Part shown: piece by piece, positions 1 through 11,845 of the stretch
How the letters are laid out: the number at the start of each line of letters is the position of its first letter
How positions within the stretch are numbered: position 1 is the stretch's first letter
Assembly: GCA_025201805.1 (NCBI GenBank)
Contig: MU619286.1
Span: forward strand, 145,970 to 209,969
From: Parasitella parasitica NRRL 2501
Taxonomy: Eukaryota; Fungi; Mucoromycota
Reading direction: 5' to 3'
Length of the DNA stretch: 64,000 bases
Translations under genes and position numbers: made by a program
The notes under the pieces: generated by a model
Seen by the model: only the letters and a program-made list of their open reading frames with translations
The model's database searches: none
What the model was told of the DNA's origin: nothing

Positions 1-824
1 TGGTTGAAGTGGAGGCTGGACGCAGGGTGTATACTTGAGCTTTGGCAACATTTTCTGCTCCTTGACAGGAATCCCAAAACAGGTGACGCTAGCTCCAGGT
101 TCGGTGTCTTCAATATTGCCATAACGTTGTAAACCTGTCGTGGCGACTTCCACTTCATCTACTTTTGACATGACAGCTGGCTGGCTGAAGACAGATTGAA
201 GAGAAAAGTTGGGAGCAAAGGGATTTGTAGCGGGTAGTTTCGTCGCAGGCACGCTTGACGATTGTTGGCGAGGATTACTATCTTTTAAAAACAACGAAGT
301 GAATTGTGCATCGTCTTTCAAGCTTTGTAGAGGTGCAGTCGGTGGTTGAACGACAGGTGCTGGTTGAGCTGGCTTGTTTTGAGAAGTAAGCTCGTTAAGA
401 AGAAATCTGAATATGTTTCTGGTGGTAATTAAGATTGGTCCAGATGCTATATCGTGATAATCGATCATTGTTTAATATTTAATTTGAATACGAGTATACA
501 TTAAGTTTACCAAACGCAATGTTTCCAAATGGTAGATTGATTTGGCTGAGAACCAGCTTTGTTACACTGTTTGAAGTGCACCAGATATTTGCAAGACCAA
601 CAAACCCCAAAACATATTCTACAAAGTTATTAGCATCAAATTGTAGCGGAGGGAGTTGAGCCAAAGTATTTATTACCTGCAAAGATAACCAAACGGAAAT
701 TCAAAATGTACCCAAGGAGCCGAATATTCAAGACATCTGTTACATAGTTTATGAATAACATGGCAATAATCATCAACAGATTTGATTGTACAACATATGA
801 ATCGTGTGATGAAAATGATGGCAT
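1..824 (-). CDS. Hypothetical multi-exon protein, 3' end runs off the window
   Basis: ATG at 824 (MPSFSSHDSY...), two GT-AG introns (about 743-677 and 508-445) join the frames into ...INYVINTLAQLPP...GNIAFASGPILITTRNIFRF..., open and P/Q/S-rich to base 1. No family recognised. Confidence 0.55.
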
Positions 825-964
825 ATTGATAAAATTAATTGAGAACAAAGCAAGAAGAACAACAAAAACTGTGCACGCGTTTGTTTACTTCCAAAAAAAA
901 TTAACAAGCATAGGGTGACTGGATATTCAGTTCAAATTGTGCCGCATGTGGCAAGTGGATGAGC

Positions 965-1140
965 CTCCAGTGTCACTGATGCATTGATTGCAAATTCTGG
1001 ATGTCAGAAATTCGTCAATCAGTACGGCCAGAAGGTCACCAGCAGCTTCTCTTTTCTTGAAGCAGCGCCACATTATTTTCCAAACATTCTATTCCCAAAC
1101 CCGATAAGAGAAATATGGGATCTGTTTGCACCTGTTTCCT
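965..1140 (-). pseudogene. Fanzor1/TnpB-like fragment (RuvC-II and first half of zinc finger)
   Basis: Manual minus-strand translation gives ISLIGFGNRMFGK, then after a frameshift/deletion KIMWRCFKKREAAGDLLAVLIDEFLTSRICNQC, matching the Fanzor1 pattern (FGxGMFGK...IDEFxTSxxCxxC). Not in the ORF track. Confidence 0.75.
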
Positions 1141-2099
1141 CACAATCATTAGGTATTCGATACTATATAAAAGGTTTTAAGCTTACTTTTTACATTGCTG
1201 TCATCTATTCTTTACTCTCTGAATGTTCCAAGATTAGAATGCTCATATTCACACTTGCTCGTTCAAAATATACTTTGAACATTTTTTTCACATTTTCGAG
1301 AGCAAAAGACAAAGAACGGTGCCTTTATTGCCAATTGGTCAATTTTACCCAAATTACGCTTTTGATTATATCTGTTCGCATCAACAATAAACATCAAAGG
1401 CCAAAACGATCGATACCACAAAGAGGTTCCATTGGCAAGCATTTACGAAAATGTTTACAATATGGTGATTAATGTTCCCTCAAGTATATATGGATCAAAT
1501 TATTAAAGATTAGACCACTTTTCCATACAACATACATGCAACCTTATAGAAAAACTAGAGCCCAAAATATTAGGATCTATCTATGACAACCTCAACTTGA
1601 TCATAAAAATGATTAGTATAAAAGAAATAGTTTTTTTACTGCTCAGTTTCACACAAATAACGCTAGATTTAGCCTTTTGAAAGCAAATATGCTGATGTAT
1701 ACCATCTTATTGCGATGTAGGTGGTTTCTGATGCTCTCTCCCGAGTAATCTAAATATTGATTTCTGTTCGTGCGCTACTAATCAAATTTTTAAATGTCTA
1801 ATTGAATACAGATTCGGACCAAGTCATTGGTGGTTGCTTCTTATTCATATTTTTTTGAACTATTGATTAAGGTGAGTGTAACCCGATATGGAAGTAGTTG
1901 ATTTACATACACAACTAGAGTGATTTTCTTTATGAACTTGCATTCTGATTTATATTCAGCCAAATTGTCAATGTTTTCAACGTTTTCTTCCAATGCGGAT
2001 GATGACTACGAAATAAAAACATCAGCACTAAATTCACCCTCATTTGATAAATGTTTATACCGCCGCACTGAATAAAGATTCAATGAATCACATATATAA

Positions 2100-4522
2100 C
2101 TTGAGTAATTTTGTCAGTTTAAAAAAAATAAATGTCGTTAGTAAAATAATGAATGTCGTTTGGCAAAAAAAAATGCCACTAACCTAAGAAAAATATCTGT
2201 TAGCTCATCAATTATTGTCGTTTAGGATTCAAGAGTACGTTCCTGCATTAAAAGCATTAACCTTGGTGGAAAGTTGTCCTGAGAAAATTGTCGGTTGTCT
2301 GCCTGTCTCCCTCAAGGAGATTAAAATCCTTCTGAAGTTTAATACAGCTGCAAGATCTCGATTCCATAGTCGGTTTTCATTGCTTGAATACATACTGCTT
2401 CGACATCTTGAAGAAGGTTAGTCTTCATGATCCACTGTTACGTGAGTATATATTTTTTCTTTTTACCTTGTTAGGCCATGACACTTTACAGTGGGCATTT
2501 TGTGCTGTTGATATGGGTATAGGGTTTCGGATTGTTTAAACTTTTAATCAAGCTTGCCACCACAGCTTGGGCAGAGGGTATATGTTTTGTATTCGCCAAT
2601 GAGATAAACTTTAAAACCATTCTTTTGCGGCATCTTGACTGGAGGCTCTTTTCGGGAGGTATCGCAGTTCTGTTTAATGATACGGGCACCAACTCCATCA
2701 GTTTCAAGAGTACCTTTGAAGCTTAAGGACCCTTGCTTTTTAAAAGTCTTGATTCTAAGATTGACTATAGATCCCCAGTTTTCGAGTTGACTTCTTGGCA
2801 TCAAAGGTTTCTTGCTTTGAATAATATGATAGTGGATAATCTTGTTATCCAACGTCATGTAGCAAGGAATAAACGTCGTTCTTAATGGGAAACAAAAAAA
2901 TTGCTTTAGCTGCACCGATTCAAACAATTCAGCAAGTTTAACAAAGGCTTTGAAGTGGTTTTCTGGATTAGCGTTTACATCGTAGAAGATTGAGACTATT
3001 TTAAACTTGTAATTTTCTAGGTATGCCGACAAGAAAGTTAGTACTTTTGGTTTTGATGATTCATTCAAAATATCAATGTTGGGCATGCCTTTTTTGGCTA
3101 CAGCATGTATAACTTGGTTACAGGGATTGCAAGCCTTTTGTCGTATCGCTTCTTTAATAGCTCCTTCACTAAACGCATTGGACGCCATTCCTTTACGGAT
3201 GGTATCCGCTCTTTCTTTTTTTTTTTTTTCACAGAGCTTATTTAGTAGAGTTCGCAATCTATTTCCAAAATGGTCTTGATGCACTCATATAGTGCTATCT
3301 GTTGAGCATTCACCAGTTTGATTGGAGTATATTTCGTGTATTCCAAGTAAGATTGTTGTTATTTTGCTATGAACTTCCTGTATTCCGCAGTCGTGTCTTT
3401 AAGCTTAACAGACCTGCGGGTAGTATTTTGGGCAATCAGAGATAAGTACAGTTCCACAAAGAAGTCTTTTCGTACAAATTCATTTTAAGTTGAAATTGCT
3501 GTTCGTAGCCAGCTCTTTCAAGGTTATGTATTTTGAAAAAGCAAATGCGTAGCCTTCTTGTATTTTACATACAAAACTTTGTAAAAAAATTCTATACTTT
3601 TACATTAAATATTAAGTCCTAGAATGTGTTAATATTAAGACTAAAGACCCGAAACCAGGTTATTTAATTGTAAATAGTTACTAATAACCTTTATTTTAAT
3701 TGTCCTGGGGAAGAATTGAACTTCTTCTGTGAGTGATAACTGCATGAGTAGTATTCACTAGATTATACAATGGCTGCAAAAATTCTGGTTTCCATATATT
3801 TTTGATCGTCGTTTTCACTGTCATCACCTTTTTTCTTGTTTTATCATCAAAGCTTTTCGTTGCAGAACCAGGCTTGATAGCAGTAGAGTCAGACTTGGAA
3901 GCAGTAACATTGGGTACATTCATGAAACTATCTGGTTGTGTAGTCTTGCTTGATTCACCTATCATTGGACCTTGAGCATTGGTGTTACGAAAGCCGATCT
4001 TGCTTGTGCTACCAATTTCGTCTTTGGCCCTCTTTCTTGCTTTGTTTACCTATGTAATGGGTGTTTAAAATGCTATGAATCTTCAGTACTTATGAATATA
4101 ATGTGCTAATACATACTTCTTTTTCTAAAGGTTACTGATGGCTGAAAACCATCGTCTGAATTGTCGGTTATAATTTTTTCATGTGTCTACCATCATAGCT
4201 TAAATTAGTAACGTTTTGATCAGAAATTAATATGTATCTTTACCGTTTCTGTTCTTAATAGACTCCTCTTCAGAGCAAGAAGTAAAAGAATCCTTCCGAC
4301 TTTTCGTCATATGTACTTTTCTAAAGGGAATAGACAAAAAATATTTATGGAGGATATATATGCAATGTAGGTACTTGTAACGATAATATGTGCTTTTGAA
4401 TATGGCAATTATTTTTGTCGAAATCGACATTTAATTTTGAGGAAACATCATTTATTTTTTTCCAATGGATGTTTATATTCAATAAACGCCATTTGTTTTT
4501 ACAAAATGGACAAAATTTACAG
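2100..4522 (-). mobile_element. Non-autonomous Fanzor-carrying element with long degenerate TIRs (Mutator/MULE-like architecture)
   Basis: Left end GTAATTTTGTCAGTTTAAAAAAAATAAATGTCGTT... aligns with the reverse complement of 4420-4520 (GTAAATTTTGTCCATTTTGTAAAAACAAATGGCGTT...) over about 100 bp, with AATGTCGTT-like subrepeats about every 21 bp. No clear TSD and no transposase seen. Confidence 0.55.
2229..4200 (-). pseudogene. Fanzor1 (TnpB-derived RNA-guided nuclease), degenerate and internally deleted
   Basis: N-terminal KVMTVKTTIKNIWKPE...THAFAFSKY, then GTLETDGVG, RuvC-II plus zinc finger GFKVYLIGEYKTYTLCPSC, CHGL, and RuvC-III RLWNRDLAAVLNFRRIL ending at TGA 2229-2231. The RuvC-I (DPG) region is missing; frameshifts and an insertion are present. 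Start position approximate. Confidence 0.85.
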
Positions 4523-4989
4523 GTTGCACTGTATACAATTCACTATTTACCCACGCACACTGGCTTTAGCCCCTTGATCTGGCTTCAAGCCCTATAGAAT
4601 GTTATTGATATATCAGGCTGCTGGCACTCTGTATGTCGAAGAGACAAGAATATTTCCGTATAAAGGACAATATTTCCTTGATTTCTACTTTTTCGAAGTT
4701 ATATGCCTCTTCGTTGAATGGGTTGGCAGGCAAAAATACGATATCAAGAAAACTGGCTACTTGTGCTTTGGAGACTATAAACATGCTCCTGGACCATACA
4801 GAAAGATTGCCTTTACTATTACCTAAACCCACTTGATTTTTCGTGCACACTTTTGTGATCTTCGTTATATGATTTTTTTTTCTTGATTGAATATCTTTTG
4901 TACAGTATATGAATGGGTAGGTATTAATTTTGTAGATGGAGATCACCTTTGGCTCCATAGGAGTCTCCTTGTAGAAGATCATTGAAGAA

Positions 4990-5780
4990 CATAATCCAAA
5001 CTCAAAAGGTAAAAAGTCGACAAATTACAAGTATTCAAAAAGCTCCAAAATGCAAGCAAAAGCTCCAATTGAAATATTCGCCTACTTGGCAGCATCAAGG
5101 GCAATATTACTTCCCAAACAGTAGATAACCAAGCAGTACATCAAGCAGCCTTTGAACAAACTGAAAACTTTGCAATTGTTGGATTTGCAACAGCAAATTC
5201 CAGGATTAAGAAGCCAGAAAATATACTTGGACTGCCAGCCAGTTTAAAATATTTAGAGAGAAAAGATGCTGAAGATGACAGAAGAACAGCCAATGCTACG
5301 AAGTATTATTCATCGGATAAACTACAGGAGCAAGATTTGAATCAAAGATGGTCGCAGCAGCAACAAAACCCTCATCAAAATGGCAAATAATCGAGAGGAG
5401 GTATAGTGAGAATATAAGATCAATCAGACTTGCAACCATACCTGAATGGAAGAAAAAAATTATGGAAAAAGCAGGCGTTGACGCTGTGGTCTTCAAGGCA
5501 TATTCAATCAGGTCTGCCGCATTTGAAAATGGGTTTGACATTGACGATATCAAAATACATGCAAATTGGTGTTTGAAGATAAACATTTTTGAGCGTTATG
5601 ACTCTAAGCCTACAATGAAGATGCATACAAGCACCAAGATAAAACTCTTTTTGTCAGAAAACTAAACCATATTGGAGGCCGGAACGGAACCAAACGAGAT
5701 TGCTTAGGCATGACAGGCAATCCAAGATGTTACCGAAGTGAAGTCTAAAAACGTGGTAATATCTGTCCCTGGTATCATCT
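4990..5780 (+). mobile_element. DIRS-like retroelement remnant (gag-like piece plus tyrosine recombinase C-terminus)
   Basis: ORF 5348-5665 contains IMEKAGVDAVVFKAYSIRSAA-FENGFDIDDIKIHANW...IFERY, the H-x-x-R...H/W...Y box of DIRS-type tyrosine recombinases (HSIR changed to YSIR). Upstream degenerate coding sequence resembles gag. Confidence 0.7.
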
Positions 5781-6064
5781 TTGGTGATTTTCCCCTTCCC
5801 AAAAAAAACCCCCAAGAGTCTTTCATTGCAGTTAGAAATAAGAAAGGGAAATATATAGTTTTTTATTATTATTATGAGAGCATTTACCACGGAGATTGTC
5901 TTAAGCAAGACATGGCGATCACAATTTTTTCAAACTTGAGTATATTTACGACCTCGTTATTCACTTTGACAAGCTTGGTACACTTACTCGTGAACTTGGC
6001 ATAACTTGTTGCACTTGGTAATCAAGGCTATTATCTCCAATTGTATTAGGGTATTAATGATTTA

Positions 6065-7169
6065 TTAGATTTTTTTTGACTTTTTCATTAAATTAGAGTT
6101 GGTTGCAGTAGTTTTTTCAATTGAAGCAAGGTTTTTACGAGGCATGATGGCAAGAGCAGTTTCAATTAGAATGAAGCGAGTGATAAATTTGAAAATAAAT
6201 GCTGCTCCGTACATGAAAATTCTGTATAGTGGTCCGAGATCTAACAAGAATTTAACTGGAAAAAGAATTGAGTTGCTCTCTAACTGGATGTCCAAAAAAG
6301 AAAAAGAAAACTTACTTGGAGGAGGGGCCCACATGTAATTCAAATTGTATCCCGAAGTCAGAGATATTAAATGAAGCAGGGGAGTGTGGAAGAAGCTATA
6401 CAAAAAGAATGACAAAAACAAGATTTCCTTGGATTTAGGTAGCACCACATATCGTCTGCTGTAGATCATATAGATTGGAACAACCAATAACAAAATGTGC
6501 TCTGATTTTTGCATTAGTCGCACATGTCAAATAGGAATCAAATAGAACTTACCAGCGAAAAAGTTAAATGTTTCACCAATCATAGTATGCTCTCTTAAGT
6601 CAGGAAATGCAAGAGCAGCTAAAGCACCCCATTGAAGATGCAGGTAGATGTTGAAGAATACATGTGGGATAGGCGATCTCTTATTAGGATAGACCAAAGT
6701 GAACAAGAGTAACACACCGCTCATATGACATGGCTGCATCATGAACCAAACTCTGTTGCGAATAACCTTGTGAGTCAAAGTCAACAAAAGGGAGAAGATT
6801 AGGGAAAGAGTCATCCCTCTTTCGGTCAATGAGGCCCTGCAAGGCACCTGGAATTCAGTCAAGAGCTTGTAATTTTTGGTTCCCGGCTTGAGCAGACGGC
6901 AAAACATGATGTATGTAGCAAATCCCCAGAAGCTGGCCAAGAACAACAGTTCTATACCATGCTGACGAGGTTCGTTATACCTATTTAAAGATAAATATTT
7001 ATTTGTATAGTGCCCAAAAGCCTTTTGATTGTTGTATGTATATGTACCATGAACCGAAAGAGGACTGAGCCCAATCTGTATCTGCAGGGACATCAGCAGC
7101 AATAGCCTTCACCCAAGACTCAAGCCTCAAAAGTGAAGGTTCAATGAATTCCAAAAAATGAGCCTTCAT
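6065..7169 (-). CDS. TMEM164-family membrane protein (4 exons)
   Basis: ATG 7169 MKAHFLEF...FGSW|YNEPRQHGIE, motifs FMMQPCH, LAFPD, EHILLLVVP, LNYM; multiple hydrophobic helices; three GT-AG introns. Confidence 0.85.
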
Positions 7170-7369
7170 AATAGCCACTGATATATGATAAAAAAAAAAA
7201 AAAAAAAAAAAAAGAATAAAAACAAATGATTCTATAATTTATACCTAATAGGGGGGCTGGATTTGGCCTACAAATTGAGACCCCCAAATCTTGATTGATA
7301 TGAAATTTAGAGTTTCTTTTCGCTCTTTTTTCTTTCTTTTCTACTCGATTCTGATAAAAATATTTTATA

Positions 7370-8868
7370 ATGTCCAGTTACAGACGAACATACTCCTCTT
7401 CTTCTTCGTCAAGAGACTCATTTTCCAGGCGAAGGTCTCGTAGTCCCACCCGCCCCAGACAAGATTACAACGAGCAAGAAGTACACGTGAAAGAAATATA
7501 GCTTGTATCAAAATCTAATCTTATTCCATTGTTAGAATAGAGCAAGACATACTAGACGAGATGACCATGATAGCCGTGGCAGACATTACGGTAGCCATGA
7601 CAACAGCAATAATAATAGAAGGAATTACCATCACAACAATGACTATCGCCAAGAGTCAAAGCTGGAGCCCAACATTAACGTTGTCTTGAGAAATTTGCCA
7701 GACAAAGCAAGAGAAGTCGATGTATATCTTGTTACAGTGAATATCGCAGCAAAGTCTAATCAATACTTGAACCAAGTAGATTGAGCAGAAATTAAACTCG
7801 ATGGAAGCAAGTATTGATGATGTGTCTTTGATAAAAGACCGTGATTCAGGCGAATCTAGAAAGTTTGCTTTCATTCGTTTCAACAGCGTAGGTCATGCCA
7901 TCCAATTTGTCGAAAAGCACCGCACCTTTGATATGGACTCCTATATTGTGCGCGTAGATTATTGCAAAAAAACCAATGTGGCGGACGACAAGGAGGAATG
8001 GCGTTGTACCAAGGTAAGTTTCGGTGGTTTTAGAAAGTCAAGTGTGTTAATGTGGTCTAGTGCGGAAATTTTAATCCTTCAAGCCGACGAAACTGCCTTG
8101 AGTGCAAGCAGTCTTTTTCATGTAAGTTATCAGCGTGAAGTTCATCTATGGAGGAGGGAAGGTGTTGAATCAGCTTTCTCCATTAGCCTCTGCCGCTGAA
8201 AAGAGATCATACGAAACAGAAACAATTGAGATCAACGATGGCACAAAAGATTCATCAACTGTACCCAGCAAAATGCTGCTTTTACGTCAACTGGATCACT
8301 TGTCAACCGAAGAATCTATTTATAATGCTGTGCATTCTCTTCACGGTGTATGCAGATCAATTTTGATTAGGGATAAATTGACAAGGATGTCGTGCGAATT
8401 CGCCTTTGTGGAATTTTCGGATATTGAGGTATGGACAGTCTAAAATACGATGGTAACTGTGATGTCTAACGACAAGGAGCACGCCAGTCTGCCAGATTAG
8501 CATTGGATTACTGCAGGGAACTTTTAACCATTGACGGCCGTAGAGCAACTGTGTCATTTGCCAACCCAGATAGCTTTATCCCAGTTTATGGCCAATCTGA
8601 ATGGTTCATTCCAGCAGATGCGATGGATGGTCTTTGGGCTTACTGGGATAAATCAGCTTATGCTTCCGAGTATTCATATGCTATTGTGCAAGAGAAACAG
8701 CGTAGAGAAGAAGAACTGAAAAGAAGCAAGGAGGAGGAGTCAAGGAAGGCTCAGCAAGTGAAGGAAAGTTTGGAGGATGATTTAAGTGCGTTTTACGCGG
8801 ATATGGGTGATCTTGTTGCTGATGAAGATGCCAATTCTGGTATTTTTGCAGTTCCCAAGTTAAAATAA
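7370..8868 (+). CDS. RBM5/RBM10-like RNA-binding protein (RS-rich N-terminus, RRM, RanBP2-type zinc finger, RRM), multi-exon
   Basis: RNP motifs SRKFAFIRF and SCEFAFVEF, finger W-R-C-T-K-C-G-N-F-N...RRNCLEC split by an intron, several GT-AG introns, stop at 8868. Confidence 0.85.
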
Positions 8869-9366
8869 ATGTATTTTCAATCCCTAAAGCTATACGTACT
8901 ATGATTTACATTCCCGTTGACCAAGGAACTTGAGTATCTGCAATGCTTCTAATTCTCAACCAAATAGACAACAGTAAAACAGGTGGTCGGTCATATGGCA
9001 AAATGTCAGTATTTGTAACTAATTTCGCAAGATGCTTGGCATGTAAAACAATCGTCTAGATATCCTTTTTCCTTGAAGCAAGTGTTTAGACCAAATGTCA
9101 TTAGATATTCTTTCACACCATTACCATTCACTAACAATTGAGAACATACAAGTTTAATTGAAGAAAGATAAAGCAAATTTATTGTTTATTTTATTTCTTT
9201 TTTTACAATGATATAATAAATTTGTTATGGCATGATTTAAAAAAAAAAAAAAGAAAAAAGAATTCTGTACAAATAGGAAGGGTAATGGGGCGAAAATGAG
9301 AGTGTAGATCTCTCATATTCGAGGTTGCTTGCAAGCATTGAAAGTGGATATTACACAGATGAGATT

Positions 9367-9720
9367 TTATTTGGAGCTAGTGTACTTGGTAACAGCCTTG
9401 GTGCCTTCAGAGACGGCGTGCTTGGCAAGTTCACCAGGAAGAATAAGACGAACAGCGGTTTGGATTTCACGAGATGAGATGGTGGAACGCTTGTTGTAAG
9501 CGGCCAACTTGGAGGCTTCAGAAGCAATACGCTCAAAGATATCGTTGACAAAAGAGTTCAAGATGGACATGGCCTTGTTGGAGATACCAGTATCGGGATG
9601 AACTTGCTTCAAGACCTTGTAGATGTAGGAAGAATAGGTTTCACGACGAGTGATCTTTCTCTTCTTGCTGTCCTTGGAAGCAGACTTCTTATTATCTTTG
9701 GTAGGGAGATCGGCAGCCAT
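9367..9720 (-). CDS. H2B: Histone H2B (copy 1), 117 aa
   Basis: [23 protein letters not shown]...[22 protein letters not shown]; ATG at 9720. Confidence 0.98.
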   Translation of the reverse strand: MAADLPTKDNKKSASKDSKKRKITRRETYSSYIYKVLKQVHPDTGISNKAMSILNSFVNDIFERIASEASKLAAYNKRSTISSREIQTAVRLILPGELAKHAVSEGTKAVTKYTSSK

Positions 9721-9894
9721 TTTCGTTGTAGGTGTAAACTTGTTTAATGAAAAGAAAAAGCAGAAATCCCAGAGATTTGCCAAATATATAGAACTTCGTG
9801 TCGGTGACTCGATTTCTATATACAGAAACTTTGAAGAAAAAAATTCTTTACAACCACAAAATCAGAAATAGAATGAAATCCAAGGAAGACGTCG

Positions 9895-9920
9895 TGAAAT
9901 CGCGAAACAAACGCGAAATA
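9895..9920. promoter_or_regulatory. Tandem CGCGAAA (SCB/MCB/E2F-like) boxes in the divergent H2A/H2B promoter
   Basis: CGCGAAACAAACGCGAAA at 9901-9918 in an otherwise AT-rich spacer, mirrored at 19487-19504; consistent with G1/S control of histone genes. Confidence 0.55.
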
Positions 9921-10175
9921 TGCTCGAATTATATACAACAGATTTCATTTTGAATAGAAAAAAAATTGCTAATTTTTGTTGGTATTTTTTTTTTTTTTTT
10001 TTTTTTTTTTTCGTTCGGCAACATTTGATGCCAATAACTCTTGAAGAAAAAACTTTAAAAAAAAAAAAATTGCTTCCGACTTTTTACATTAACCTTGAAC
10101 ATATATAAACTCGAATTTAAAATAGCACTTCTTTCTTCCTTCAACAACTTTTTTCAAAGAAATAAATATTATATA

Positions 10176-10571
10176 ATGTCTGGTGGTAAATCTGGTGGAA
10201 AGTCTGCTTCTGGCTCCAAGTCTCAAACTCGCTCAGCTAAGGCTGGTTTGCAGTTCCCTGTTGGTCGTATCCATCGTCTCTTGCGTCGTGGAAACTATGC
10301 TCAACGTGTCGGTGCTGGTGCTCCCGTTTATCTTGCTGCCGTTCTTGAATATCTCGCTGCTGAAATCCTCGAATTGGCTGGAAATGCTGCTCGTGATAAC
10401 AAGAAATCTCGTATCATCCCTCGTCATTTGCAATTGGCCATCCGTAACGATGAAGAATTAAACAAGCTCCTCGGCCATGTCACTATCGCCCAAGGTGGTG
10501 TTCTTCCCAACATCCACGCTTCATTGTTGCCTACCAAGTCCAAGAAGGCTGGTGCTTCCCAAGAACTTTAA
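10176..10571 (+). CDS. H2A: Histone H2A (copy 1), 131 aa, C-terminal SQEL gamma-H2A motif
   Basis: MSGGKSGGK...[12 protein letters not shown]...[13 protein letters not shown]. Confidence 0.98.
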   Translation: MSGGKSGGKSASGSKSQTRSAKAGLQFPVGRIHRLLRRGNYAQRVGAGAPVYLAAVLEYLAAEILELAGNAARDNKKSRIIPRHLQLAIRNDEELNKLLGHVTIAQGGVLPNIHASLLPTKSKKAGASQEL

Positions 10572-10899
10572 AAAATGAGAAAATATAGCAAGACTTTATA
10601 TCTGCCAATATATTTCTAGCATTTTTTTTTTTTTTTCCTTCTTATTTGATATCCCAAACTCAACGCCTAATCGAAAAATCATTTATTACCTCCTTCATAT
10701 GTAGAATTGATCTCGTCTCCTTTTTTCTTTTGGCTTCTTGTAAATAAATAATAAAAAACAGGATAATAGCACAATACAGGATTAATAATTGAGAAAAATA
10801 ACAAGTTTTCCATTTTTGATTTATTGAATCTGATCATAAATAGTATAGAGAAAGTACATCCAAAAATATATTAATTTTGCTGTTGATTCGGCCAATAAT

Positions 10900-11600
10900 G
10901 CAATTATCCCAATGTATCTTCATTGCGGCAGAGGAGGACATTCACGTACAACTTAAAGAAAATGTTCCAGAGATCCAGCAAATTTGGATACTGCTCCAAC
11001 AGTCAACATTACATGAAATTGCACGTTGCCAGAAGTTACCAAGGCAGCGTTTGGGAGTCATAGAGACATTGTGCTCATTTTGTGGAGAGTACATGTGGGT
11101 TACAGAACGGAAAAGCAGATCCAGTACGTTGGTGTCTATTTACAAACATATTGTGGAGTGGAGCAAGCGAGCATAATTACAACTGCATCCAACAACCATC
11201 ATCGACTTACTTGCAAGAAACGATGCGATTGGCAAAGAGACGATGCAATTGGAAAGAAGTTTAAGCGAAACATCACGATGCATAACTCTGCTGTAAGCTT
11301 CACCCCCAATGAATGCTGACGAACAACATGGAGACTATGCTTTTCGTATTTACGGAGGCGTCCATTATTTAATAAATTCTATTCTAATTCCGGATGATAA
11401 ATCAGTGTAATCCAATGCTACCAAACATGTTAATTATATATCTTTTAAAATTAAACTTAACTTTTGTTGGCAAAATTATCCTCAATCTCAATCTTAACCT
11501 CTATTGTACTTTTTATTTTACATGTTTAACATTAGAATCACGAAAAAGGGAACTCTTGGATGACATTAAGCATTATCATAAGCAACATGGTAAATAGGGC
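10900..11600 (+). mobile_element. Helitron Rep/helicase N-terminal remnant
   Basis: Frameshifted pieces CSFCGEYMWVTERKSRSS, FKRNITMHNSAVSFT and GDYAFRIYGGVHYLI match Helitron motifs (CxxCxAxMWxxER; FxxNIRxYNxAxSFTS; GxYxFRIxGxxxH). Confidence 0.75.
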
Positions 11601-11845
11601 TTCTCTGTCACTAGCAATTAGCAACTTGCGAATTATTCACAAATAGCAAGGGATTACCACAGCGAAAACATTGGATTCAATAATTATCTTCTTCTGCTTC
11701 CAACTCGATGAGGCACACCTGTTTTATTATTTTACTATGAAGAAAGGTATACTTGTGGCATTAAAAATACTTACTTTATAGAGCTGTGTCATGTACTAGA
11801 ATCGATATTGACGTGATATCATTTCTAGATAGATATTTTTACAGC

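Larger units (their letters stand above)
9366..10572. repeat. Left arm of a 1.2 kb inverted repeat (H2B-promoter-H2A unit)
   Basis: Reverse complement of 18833-20039; paired coordinates sum to 29405 at both ends, so no net indel. Confidence 0.97.
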
